DNA from: Nitrosomonas europaea
GTDB taxonomy: Bacteria > Pseudomonadota > Gammaproteobacteria > Burkholderiales > Nitrosomonadaceae
Assembly (NCBI RefSeq): GCF_900167395.1
Contig: NZ_FUWK01000003.1
Coordinates: 121,789 to 153,788 of the forward strand
DNA: 32,000 nucleotides
Direction of reading: 5' to 3'
Shown: in pieces, positions 1 through 8,616 of the stretch
How positions within the stretch are numbered: position 1 is the stretch's first letter
Layout: each line of letters begins with the position of its first letter
Notes under the pieces: generated by a model
What the model was told of the DNA's origin: nothing
What the model saw: the letters and a program-made list of their open reading frames with translations, nothing else
Database searches by the model: none
Translations under genes and position numbers: made by a program

Positions 1-107
1 TGCTGGACAGAGCTGCCAAAGGGCGGTTGACACTGCTTTACGGTGCACGTGATGCCGAATGCAACCAGGCCGTGGTGTTACGGGATTATCTGCTGGAACG
101 AAACTGA
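1..107 (+). CDS. DUF488 (YeaO-like) family protein, C-terminal fragment; the gene starts upstream of the window
   Basis: Frame 3 is open from the window edge: LDRAAKGRLTLLYGARDAECNQAVVLRDYLLERN, with stop TGA at 105-107. The tail pattern LLYGARD..(H/C)N.AVVL..YL resembles DUF488 C-termini from memory. It is absent from the ORF track because it is truncated. Confidence 0.4.
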   Translation, partial: LDRAAKGRLTLLYGARDAECNQAVVLRDYLLERN

Positions 108-302
108 CAAGGATATGCATTTTTTACAGAGAGGCTGGTGGCTGGCCGGCATCAGTTGCGGATTTTCGCAGTCGGACCGGTCGTGCGATAATTGCGTGTT
201 TCGTCCATATGCAGGAGAGAGGGTCGGCAGCATCAGGTAATTTCTGCTGTTTACCCCAGGCCCGGGCAACCTGCCAGTTTCAGAATCTATTATTCAATTA
301 CT

Positions 303-794
303 ATGAAAAAAATCAGAATCGGACAAGGGTTTGATATTCACCCGCTGGTGGTTGGGCGTGATCTCATCATCGGGGGAGTGACCATTCCGTATGAGAAAGG
401 GCTGCTGGGTCATTCGGATGCGGATGTGCTGCTGCATGCTTTGTGTGATGCACTGCTGGGGGCAGCTGCCCTGGGAGATATCGGCCGGCATTTCTCCGAT
501 ACCGATGCGCGCTATCAGGGGATCGACAGCCGCAAACTGGTGCGTGAGGTTCATCGGTTGCTGACTGAAGCAGGCTATCGTGTGGTGAATATCGATGCAA
601 CCATCATTGCCCAGGTACCCAAAATGGCACCCCATATTCCAGGGATGGTTACGAACATTGCGCAGGATCTCACTCTTCCGGCAGGAGACATCAATATCAA
701 AGCGAAAACCGCAGAGAAGCTGGGGGTTGTCGGGCGTGGCGAAGGGATCGTGGCGGAAGTGGTCTGCCTGATCGCGGATGGAGATGAGGTGTAA
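303..794 (+). CDS. ispF: 2-C-methyl-D-erythritol 2,4-cyclodiphosphate synthase
   Basis: [15 protein letters not shown]...[29 protein letters not shown]...[13 protein letters not shown] is the classic IspF core. I chose the ATG at 303 (M38 of the tracked ORF); the upstream 37 codons look non-coding. Confidence 0.93.
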   Translation: MKKIRIGQGFDIHPLVVGRDLIIGGVTIPYEKGLLGHSDADVLLHALCDALLGAAALGDIGRHFSDTDARYQGIDSRKLVREVHRLLTEAGYRVVNIDATIIAQVPKMAPHIPGMVTNIAQDLTLPAGDINIKAKTAEKLGVVGRGEGIVAEVVCLIADGDEV

Positions 795-799
795 CCATC

Positions 800-1375
800 A
801 TGTCCAGTGTGGCTCCCTCCGTCAGACTGTTTTTCGCGTTGTGGCCGCAGGAGGCGGTGCGTAAACAACTGGCCCGGCTGGCCAGAAGGATTGCAGATCA
901 GTGTGCTGGCCGGTGTGTGCGGCCGGAGAACCTGCATCTGACACTGGCATTCATTGGTGAAGTGGATAGCAGCGTGGTCCCGATATTGCGCCAGGCAGGC
1001 TCAGCCATCCACCGTACATCGTTCGATCTGTTATTGGATAAACTGCACTGTTGGGGAAAAGGCAGCATCATCGCTGCTGGAGTTTCACAGCCTTGCGGCG
1101 AACTGACAGTACTGGTACAGGATTTGCGCAATCAGCTTTCTGCTGCTGGCGTTCGCTATGACACAGTGAAATTCGTACCGCATGTCACGCTGGTGCGAAA
1201 TGCCAAACGGGAACCCGAGCAGAAACATTTTCCGGAAACGATTCCGCCCGTCGCCTGGGCGGCAGATCGATGGTCACTGGTGCAATCCCGGCCAACTCCA
1301 TACGGATCGGCCTATCAATCGTTTGCAGATTGGGCGCTCGCATCACAGGATTTTGATGAACATCATCGCGCTTGA
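800..1375 (+). CDS. thpR: RNA 2',3'-cyclic phosphodiesterase (2H phosphoesterase, LigT/ThpR family)
   Basis: Two HxT/Sx motifs sit at the expected spacing (LHLTLAFIG and PHVTLVRN). The N-terminus RLFFALWP is typical of the family. Confidence 0.8.
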   Translation: MSSVAPSVRLFFALWPQEAVRKQLARLARRIADQCAGRCVRPENLHLTLAFIGEVDSSVVPILRQAGSAIHRTSFDLLLDKLHCWGKGSIIAAGVSQPCGELTVLVQDLRNQLSAAGVRYDTVKFVPHVTLVRNAKREPEQKHFPETIPPVAWAADRWSLVQSRPTPYGSAYQSFADWALASQDFDEHHRA

Positions 1376-2027
1376 TACTTCGACCGAGTACTGTTCCCTG
1401 GCTTTATGGCTGAACGGCAACCTCGTCAGCAGGGAAGTGCTGGCTGGCCAACGCCATTCCGAGCTGTTGTTGCCGATGCTGCAAACCCTGCTGACTGAAG
1501 CCGGCATCGCTCTGAATCAGATCGATGGCATCGCTTTTGGAGCGGGTCCGGGTTCCTTTACCGGGTTGCGAATTGCCTGTGGTGTTACTCAGGGGCTGGC
1601 GTTTGCCCAGGATATACCCGTGATCGGGATCAGCACGCTGGAAGCGCTGGCGCAGCAGGTCGATGCCCCGCGGGTACTGGCTGCACTGGATGCGCGCATG
1701 GGAGAACTGTACTTTGCAGCATATGAAAAAACGGCAACCGGCTGGTTGTGTGTGCATGAGCCGCTGCTATGCCGGCCGGAAACAGCTCCGGGGGTAACCG
1801 GGGACGGGTGGACAGGGTGCGGCAGTGGTTTCGATCTGTATCAGCCAGTCTTATCGGAAAAGTACAGCAGTAACCTGCAGCGGATCGTTCCAGGCTGTTA
1901 TCCGCGCGCGCGTGAAATGGCAGAGATGTCGGCAATAAAGTTCGCCAGCGGTGAGGGCAGGGTGGCGGAAGAAGCACTCCCGGTGTACATCCGCAACAAG
2001 GTGGCACTTAAGGAAAGTGAACGATAA
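1356..2027 (+). CDS. tsaB: tRNA threonylcarbamoyladenosine biosynthesis protein TsaB (YeaZ)
   Basis: MNIIALDTSTEYCSLAL...IDGIAFGAGPGSFTGLRIACGVTQGLA matches the YeaZ/TsaB N-terminal signature. Start set to ATG 1356, which overlaps the thpR end by 20 nt. Confidence 0.9.
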   Translation: MNIIALDTSTEYCSLALWLNGNLVSREVLAGQRHSELLLPMLQTLLTEAGIALNQIDGIAFGAGPGSFTGLRIACGVTQGLAFAQDIPVIGISTLEALAQQVDAPRVLAALDARMGELYFAAYEKTATGWLCVHEPLLCRPETAPGVTGDGWTGCGSGFDLYQPVLSEKYSSNLQRIVPGCYPRAREMAEMSAIKFASGEGRVAEEALPVYIRNKVALKESER

Positions 2028-2029
2028 CG

Positions 2030-2503
2030 ATGGCAACGACCGGAATACCCGCTTTTCAGGCGGAAATTCGTGAAATGCATCCGGATGATCTGGAACAGGT
2101 CATCCGCATCGAGCATGAGATTTTTCTTTTTCCATGGTCGATCGTCAATTTCAGTGATTCGATCAAGGCGGGTTACCACTGTCGCGTGCTGGTACAGCCG
2201 AACAGCGATCTGGTGATGGGCTACGGCATCCTGATGACCGGGCCGGGCGAAGCACATGTACTGACACTTGGTGTCGGGGCAGCCTGGCAGAGCCAGGGGC
2301 TGGGCAGGAAGATGCTGCGCTATCTGATCGAGCTTTCCAGAAAGCATCAGGCGGAATTTGTCCTGCTGGACGTGCGTGAATCGAATACCGGTGCGATAAA
2401 TTTATACCAGCGGCTTGGATTCCAGCAGATTGCTGTACGCAAGGGCTACTACCCGGCGATGTGCGGGCGCGAGGACGCACTGGTCATGAAGCTGGAGTTA
2501 TGA
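2030..2503 (+). CDS. rimI: ribosomal-protein-alanine N-acetyltransferase (GNAT)
   Basis: GNAT acetyl-CoA motif (QSQGLGRKML...LDVRESNTGAINLYQRLGF). It lies immediately downstream of tsaB, which is conserved tsaB-rimI synteny. Confidence 0.82.
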   Translation: MATTGIPAFQAEIREMHPDDLEQVIRIEHEIFLFPWSIVNFSDSIKAGYHCRVLVQPNSDLVMGYGILMTGPGEAHVLTLGVGAAWQSQGLGRKMLRYLIELSRKHQAEFVLLDVRESNTGAINLYQRLGFQQIAVRKGYYPAMCGREDALVMKLEL

Positions 2504-2560
2504 GCCTGAAAGTACAAATTTCCGAATTTACCGGTTTATCTGATTAAGAAAGGTACAACC

Positions 2561-3304
2561 ATGGATCCCAATCGGCTTAAGGAACTCGGATTGTTACCGG
2601 TGTGGCGCGTCAGGCCGGGTGCCATAGCCGGTCAATCGCCTGACTCAGGGAAGAATATGTCCGATCAGATAGAAACTGCTGCGGAAAGCCGCCCATTTGA
2701 AGAATCCGAAGATCGTTCGACTTCCATAGCGCATGCGGATTGGGGGCGGCTGCGGCAGATGGTCAGTGGTTGCACCGCCTGTCCGCTTAGCCAAACACGC
2801 AAGCAGACGGTGTTCGGTGTCGGCGATGAGCAGGCTGACTGGTTGTTCATCGGGGAAGGGCCGGGTGCCCGCGAGGATGAGCTGGGTGAACCGTTCGTCG
2901 GCCAGGCCGGCAAACTGCTCGATAATATGCTGCAGGCGGTCAGCCTCCGTCGCGGTCAGGATGTCTATATTGCCAATATCGTGAAATGTCGCCCGCCGGG
3001 AAATCGTAATCCGCAGGATGCGGAAGCGGAACAGTGCCGCCCCTATCTGTTACGCCAGATTGCACTGATTCAGCCCAGGCTGATCGTGGCGCTGGGTAAG
3101 GTAGCTGCCCAGAATCTGCTGGCCACCGATGCCAGCATTGCCAGCCTGCGCGGCAGGTTGCATGAATTTTCCGGTATTCCCCTGATCGTCACCTATCACC
3201 CGGCCTATCTGCTGCGTTCGCTGGGTGACAAAGCCAAAGCATGGGAAGACCTGTGTTTTGCCCGCGACACCATGCGCAATTTACAGGCGGCTCATTCATC
3301 GTAA
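2561..3304 (+). CDS. uracil-DNA glycosylase, family 4 (Fe-S type)
   Basis: [54 protein letters not shown]...[14 protein letters not shown]...YHPAYLLR are family-4 UDG motifs. The roughly 60-aa N-terminal extension is of uncertain status. Confidence 0.88.
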   Translation: MDPNRLKELGLLPVWRVRPGAIAGQSPDSGKNMSDQIETAAESRPFEESEDRSTSIAHADWGRLRQMVSGCTACPLSQTRKQTVFGVGDEQADWLFIGEGPGAREDELGEPFVGQAGKLLDNMLQAVSLRRGQDVYIANIVKCRPPGNRNPQDAEAEQCRPYLLRQIALIQPRLIVALGKVAAQNLLATDASIASLRGRLHEFSGIPLIVTYHPAYLLRSLGDKAKAWEDLCFARDTMRNLQAAHSS

Positions 3305-3323
3305 GCGATTCCCTGTCCGCGGT

Positions 3324-4847
3324 TCAGGCTGCCGACAGTTGTCGTGCCCGGAATGCACGTCCTATTTTTTCGAGATCCAGCATAGGAAGCATGCGTATGG
3401 CATTACCGTTGCCAATCTGGGCCAGTTTGTTGGAATGGATCGCACGTTTCAGATCATCGTCCGCCGATCCGCCGAACTGCGGTAATTCCGGTTCCCATTC
3501 AGCCGTTTCGATCGATTTCAGGGCGGGAATGGCAAACCCCATCACTTCATTGTCGATTTCCACCACCAGAATATAGGCGGAAGAGGAGGCCGGCGTGAAT
3601 TGTCCGGTCATCAGCCGGTGCAGGCAAACCACCGGAATGCTGCGCCCGCGTATCACGATCATGCCCAGCAGCGGGCCGGTTTGTTCAAAAACAGGAATGC
3701 TGTGGTTGAAGGGCAGGATTTCCCGGATTTGTTCAAACGGCGTTGCCGTTTCACTCCGGAGCAGGTAGGTCACCATATCGCGTTTACGGCTGGTATTTTT
3801 TTTGCCTGCAACAGATGTTTGTGAGTGATCCTGATGGATGAAGGGCTGTTGCGGGGAGCTGACATCGGCCAGTGCCATGATTTCATGATTGGATTTCAGT
3901 CCTGCACCTCTCAATACCAGAAACTGGGAAGCGAGGATGGCTTCCTGTTGCGAGCGGGATGCCGGCAGGGATGATTTGGGAATCGCACCACTGAACAATT
4001 CCGGTTGCGGCAGAGCATAGGTGGGCACATCGATGATTTCGCCGGCGCGGATACGCACGACATCGATCACCTTGCTGACCAGAAATGCAGCCATGCCTTT
4101 GGGTAGTTGAATGAGAAACGCCTGCAGCGGTGTGTCCGGCTCGATTTTGCCCAGTCCGCATATTTCCAGCAAATCCAGGACCGGGATTCTGCTGCCGGCG
4201 TGTTCGATCACGCCACGGCAGCTGCCCATGGCCAGTGGAGAATTTCTGATTTCCGGATCGGATAATGTCGTATAAACCTCCATGGCATCGATGGCAAAGG
4301 CGATCCGGTTGCAGCGCAGTAACAGCACGGGCATGACCTTGTCCTGCCCGCTGGCAGCATCTGTCCGGGTTGCAGCCTTCTTTTTCATTTCCCGGTGATC
4401 TGCCAGCGGCACATCCCGGAGTGTAGCCAGTACAGAGGGTGACAGCAGATTGACGAGTGTACCGTTATCGCTGCGACGGATGCTGCCATGGAAAACGGGC
4501 TGATCCGCTGCCGCGAAACTGATTGGGTTGATCTCTTCGCTTTCTCCGGTGAACACCCCGGTGACAGCTTCCGTGAGCAGGCCCAGCAACCGGTTTTCAT
4601 GCGCCATGATCATGACATTCTGGAACGGTACTCTGGGGGTGGGCATGTCGAATACGATGCGCAAATCGACTACCGGCACCATGATCCCGCGCAGATCGAT
4701 CCCGCCGATCACGCAGGGTGATGCACAAGGTAATCTGGCCAGCCCGCCGCAGGGGACGACTTCACGCAAAACCTGCATCGGCAAAGCGAGTTCCATGCCG
4801 CCAATGCGGAATCCGCCGAATCCCGGCTTTGCCGCTATTGGCTCCAT
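3324..4847 (-). CDS. CheW-like scaffold protein with three tandem CheW domains
   Basis: Three segments of about 140-150 aa each repeat the CheW pattern: aa ~10-150 (GGIDLRGIMVPVVDL), ~175-330 (RGVIEHAGSRIPVLDL) and ~360-500 (LGMIVIRGRSIPVVCL). The start ATG overlaps the upstream MCP stop (TGATG at 4845-4849). Confidence 0.85.
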   Translation of the reverse strand: MEPIAAKPGFGGFRIGGMELALPMQVLREVVPCGGLARLPCASPCVIGGIDLRGIMVPVVDLRIVFDMPTPRVPFQNVMIMAHENRLLGLLTEAVTGVFTGESEEINPISFAAADQPVFHGSIRRSDNGTLVNLLSPSVLATLRDVPLADHREMKKKAATRTDAASGQDKVMPVLLLRCNRIAFAIDAMEVYTTLSDPEIRNSPLAMGSCRGVIEHAGSRIPVLDLLEICGLGKIEPDTPLQAFLIQLPKGMAAFLVSKVIDVVRIRAGEIIDVPTYALPQPELFSGAIPKSSLPASRSQQEAILASQFLVLRGAGLKSNHEIMALADVSSPQQPFIHQDHSQTSVAGKKNTSRKRDMVTYLLRSETATPFEQIREILPFNHSIPVFEQTGPLLGMIVIRGRSIPVVCLHRLMTGQFTPASSSAYILVVEIDNEVMGFAIPALKSIETAEWEPELPQFGGSADDDLKRAIHSNKLAQIGNGNAIRMLPMLDLEKIGRAFRARQLSAA

Positions 4848-6526
4848 CAGTCCACCTGGTTTTTTGCGTTGGCGATATGTTCGATCAGTGCGCTGACTTC
4901 TTTGGCAACCGTGCTCTGGTTTTCTGCCGATTCGGCAATTTCCGCTACGCTCTTGCTGGTTCTGGCCACACCCGACATGATGCCTTCGAAGCTGCGCGAA
5001 GCTTCGCGGGTGACCTCCGCACCTTTATCCACGTGTTTGGCAGATTCCGCAATCAGCTTGGTGATCTCGCGTGCTGCGACCGAACTGCGTTCAGCCAGCT
5101 TGCGTACTTCATCGGCCACTACCGAGAAACCGATGCCGTGTTCACCGGCACGTGCCGCTTCGATTGCGGCATTGAACGCCAGCAGATTGGTTTGATTGGC
5201 GATTTCATCGATCACCCCGACGATTTCAGATACCTGCGATGCGCTGGTTTGAATGGCAGTAATCGCAGCGATAGATTTTTGCAGCGCATCAAACCCGTTT
5301 TGTGCCGCGCTGGAAGAATCACGTGCCAGTTCTGCTGCGACATTGGAGTTGGCAGCGATGGCATCCACACTTTCAGCCAGCTTGCGCACATGCAGGTTCA
5401 TTTCGGTCGTTCCAGCTGCGATCAGCTGTTCGAGCTGCACTTCACTGGTGACGTCGTGCGCAAACTTGACGATTTTCATTACCTTACCATTGAGGTCGAA
5501 AATCGGGTTGTACGTGGCCTGAATCCAGACATCGCGATCATATTTGCCGATACGGTGGAAGCGACCGCTGATGAATTCGCCGTTACCCAGTTTGAGCCAG
5601 AAATCGCGGTACTCCTTACTCCGGGCGTAATCGATCGGACAGAACATGCTGTGGTGCTGTCCCTTGATTTCGCGCAGCGTGTAACCTATTGCCGCCAGGA
5701 AATTGTAATTGGCATCGATCACATGACCATCCAGATCAAACTCGATCACGGCCTGACCACGGCCCATGGCTGCAACTTTGGCCTCAAATTCGGATTGGTA
5801 TAATTTGCTGGCGGTAATATCGGTGGCAAATTTCACTACCTTGACCGGTTTGCCTTTGTGGTCGAAGACCGGGTTGTAGGTGGCCTGAATCCAGATTTCA
5901 TGGTTATTACTGCCGATCCGTTTGAACTCGCCCGTGGTGTATTCTCCGCGCCCCAGTCGTTCCCAGAAGATTTCATAGTCGGCACTTGCGGCTTCTGCGG
6001 GATCGACGAACATGCGATGGTGCCGACCGATGATGTCTTCCAGATGATAGCTCGTGAGTTTGAGGAAGTTTTCATTGGCGTGAAGTACTTTGCCGTTCAG
6101 ATCGAATTCGATGACTGCCTGCGACCGGTTGATCGCCTGCATTTTACCGATACGGTCGATGCGCTCGAATTTGGCAGTGGTGATGTCATCCGCCTGCACG
6201 ATGACTTTGGCCAGTTTTCCATCACGCCCTTTGAGCGGGCTGAAATTGGCCAGAAACCAGCGTTCTTTTTCGTCTGTTCCTTTGTAGCACCGTTCAAGGT
6301 TGACCGGCTGGAACTCATTCAGCGCGATCCATAAGTCGATATATTCCTGTGCCTGCACATCTTCTTCAAACAGGAGATGTCGCTCGCTTTTGCCGATGAG
6401 ATCGGCAGAGTTACAGCCGAGGGCTTGCAGCATGCGTTCGTTGGCGCTGAGGACGCGACCTTCGGCCGACAGCTCCATCAGGCAACTGCTTCTGGAGACA
6501 GCCTCCATGCGGGCGGCCATTTCCAT
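4847..6526 (-). CDS. cytoplasmic methyl-accepting chemotaxis protein: three PAS domains plus an MA signalling domain; the downstream part of a frameshifted four-PAS gene
   Basis: Repeated PAS modules (AVIEFDL.G.V..AN.NFL...G..HHxMF...WIQATYNP) are followed by the MCP hairpin core [41 protein letters not shown]. No TM segment or HAMP domain is visible. Confidence 0.88.
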   Translation of the reverse strand: MEMAARMEAVSRSSCLMELSAEGRVLSANERMLQALGCNSADLIGKSERHLLFEEDVQAQEYIDLWIALNEFQPVNLERCYKGTDEKERWFLANFSPLKGRDGKLAKVIVQADDITTAKFERIDRIGKMQAINRSQAVIEFDLNGKVLHANENFLKLTSYHLEDIIGRHHRMFVDPAEAASADYEIFWERLGRGEYTTGEFKRIGSNNHEIWIQATYNPVFDHKGKPVKVVKFATDITASKLYQSEFEAKVAAMGRGQAVIEFDLDGHVIDANYNFLAAIGYTLREIKGQHHSMFCPIDYARSKEYRDFWLKLGNGEFISGRFHRIGKYDRDVWIQATYNPIFDLNGKVMKIVKFAHDVTSEVQLEQLIAAGTTEMNLHVRKLAESVDAIAANSNVAAELARDSSSAAQNGFDALQKSIAAITAIQTSASQVSEIVGVIDEIANQTNLLAFNAAIEAARAGEHGIGFSVVADEVRKLAERSSVAAREITKLIAESAKHVDKGAEVTREASRSFEGIMSGVARTSKSVAEIAESAENQSTVAKEVSALIEHIANAKNQVD

Positions 6527-6945
6527 CGTCGCCAGTTTTCACTGGTGATATCACTGGCGATCTGGATGATTTTAACCGGTTTGTTTTCCGTATCGAGCAC
6601 CGGGATATAACTCGCCTGAATATAGATACAACCGCCTTCTGCGGTCATACGGCGAAATTCTCCATTCACACAATCGCCAGCGTGCAGTTTTTCCCAGAAG
6701 GCAGCGTACTCCTCATTTTCTGCAGTCCCTGGTAAGCACAGCAGACTGTGGTGCTTGCCGGCCAGATGCTCCAGGGTGTAGCCGAACAGGGAAAGAAAAT
6801 TGGCATTGGCATTCAGGATATTGCCGTGCAGATCATATTCCGCACCCGCCAGACTGCGGGTGATTGCCTTGTAAATATCGTTCTGATATTGCAGATCGTG
6901 CTCTGCCGGGGTTCGGGTTCTGGTAAACGGTAGTGATGATGACAT
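6478..6945 (-). CDS. PAS-domain fragment; the N-terminal part of the same MCP, separated by a 1-nt frameshift
   Basis: A PAS module ([29 protein letters not shown]...YIQASYIPV...[11 protein letters not shown]) runs into nonsense (NWRRWKWPP...). Shifting -1 at the A4 run (T4 at 6536-6539 on the + strand) gives [19 protein letters not shown], which joins seamlessly to the 4847-6526 ORF. Confidence 0.75.
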   Translation of the reverse strand: MSSSLPFTRTRTPAEHDLQYQNDIYKAITRSLAGAEYDLHGNILNANANFLSLFGYTLEHLAGKHHSLLCLPGTAENEEYAAFWEKLHAGDCVNGEFRRMTAEGGCIYIQASYIPVLDTENKPVKIIQIASDITSENWRRWKWPPAWRLSPEAVA

Positions 6946-7210
6946 GCTTTCCTCGGGTTGTGTCGCGTTGTGATCGCAGTGCTGTTTAACAACCTGTTTT
7001 TCGGCCGGGATGACGATGGCTTGAGAACGAACAGAAGGGGATTCAGGCGTCTTTTCTGCCGATCATTCAGCCACGCGATAAAACCTGCTGCCTGAAATGG
7101 AGGGAACGGTTCCGTATAGATAAAGGCAGGAATATTTGCTTTTTTATCCGGTTTGCCTGCCAGATCAGGGAATTAACATTGGCAGACTATTTTTGTAACG
7201 GGAAAATATC

Positions 7211-8524
7211 ATGCAGAAACAAAGAAGCGGGTGGAAACTGATTCCGGCTGTGATCGCCTTGCACGCCATGCCGGTACTGGCAACCAATGGTCATGTTCTT
7301 CACGGGGTTGGCGCCATCAACCAGTCCATGGGCGGGGCCGGGATTGCGACATCGATCGATGTGATCGGTGCAAACTATAATAATGTGTCATCCATCTCGT
7401 TTCTCACCGGAAACGCGCTCGAATTATCCGTAGAACTCTTTGCGCCCGACCGGAGCCATACCGGAGTCATCAGTGGCGGCCCTGCCGGTACGGTGGACAG
7501 CGAGATCCGTGCGGCGCTTCTGCCTGCTTTTGGCGTGGTATACCGGACACAGAGTCCCTGGACATTCGGATTCTCGGCACTGGGTATTGCGGGATTTGGT
7601 GTGGATTACCCGGCCAATAATCCGGATCCCGGCGGAAATTTCAATCCTCTGGCCCTGCCGCAGTCATTGGGCGGGTTTGGCGCGGTTTACTCGGATTACC
7701 GGGTATTGCAGATGACGCCTTCGGCAGCGTATCAGGTGACGCCGGATTTATCGCTCGGTGTAGGAGTGAATATCGATTGGGCCTCACTGGTAACCGATCC
7801 CTGGCCGGCGGCTGTTCCCAATGCATCTGGTTTTCCGACAGGCACACGGGATGCATCTGCGTGGGGATGGGGGTTCACCCTCGGTGCAACCTACAAGCTG
7901 TTCGATCACCTGATGTTGGGTCTGGTATTCAAGAGCCCGCAGTGGTTCGGCAATTTTTCCTGGAATTCTTAGCATCCTGATGGGACGCCAACGAATTTCC
8001 GTTTTCGACTGGACTATCCCATGATCGTCGGTGGTGGCGTGAGTTATCGGCCCGTTGCGCCATTATTGCTGGCGCTCGATGTCAAGTGGATCAATTACAG
8101 CGGTACCAGGGGATTTGAACAGAAGAACTGGGCAATGACCGCTTCGGGGCCGTTTGTTCAGGGGTTCGGATGGCGAGATATCTGGACGGTATCACTCGGT
8201 GCACAGTATAAGGTTACGCCTGCTTTTGCCGTGCGTGCGGGGTATAACTATGGTGGAAATCCCATTTCTGCCGGACAGCAGTTTTTCAACGTATTTGCTC
8301 CGGCCATCGTCCGCCATCACCTCACTGCGGGTGCCGGCTACGAGCTGACCCGCCGGCTGGGACTGAATTTCTCCTACTATCACGCTTTTGCGGCGGAACA
8401 GTCCGGCGCTTTCATCAGTAATGGTACAGGTGCTGTCCCGATCAACCAGCCGATTCCCGGAACGCGGATAACCAACCGGCTGCATGAGAACTCAGTCGCA
8501 GTGCAAATCACTTACAAATTCTGA
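7211..8524 (+). pseudogene. FadL/OmpP1/TodX-family outer-membrane hydrophobic-compound channel, interrupted by one in-frame TAG (7970-7972)
   Basis: ORFs 7211-7972 and 8021-8524 are in the same frame (both coordinates are 2 mod 3). The N-terminus has a signal peptide (AVIALHAMPVLA). The protein is Gly/aromatic-rich beta-barrel sequence and ends in ...ITYKF, a C-terminal Phe typical of outer-membrane proteins. Reading through the TAG gives a continuous ...FSWNS*HPDGTPTNFRFRLDYPMIVGGG. Confidence 0.7.
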
Positions 8525-8616
8525 TTTTTTCCGGGTATGAGCTTTTACATCGTTTCACCGGCTGTACCTGCTCGCAATGTTTTTTAACATCAGGGAGCGG
8601 GATGTTCCAGAGATCG

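Noticed and set aside
192-302. Long N-terminal extensions offered by the ORF track for ispF (192), tsaB (1182), galU (28080), the hydrolase (12501) and the lipoprotein (12064)
   Set aside because: The conserved family N-termini begin at internal ATGs (303, 1356, 28137, 12549, 12112). Some of these have SD-like sequences, while the extensions overlap upstream genes or look non-coding.
4718-5803. A 361-aa ORF on the + strand, plus several shorter + strand ORFs between 4488 and 6610
   Set aside because: They are antisense to the MCP and CheW genes, whose translations carry unmistakable PAS, MA and CheW motifs. The + strand products are low-complexity with no recognisable motif, so they are shadow ORFs.
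7970-7972. The TAG in the FadL-like gene as programmed read-through or pyrrolysine
   Set aside because: No pyl genes or recoding signals are visible. A simple nonsense mutation or a base-call error is far more likely.
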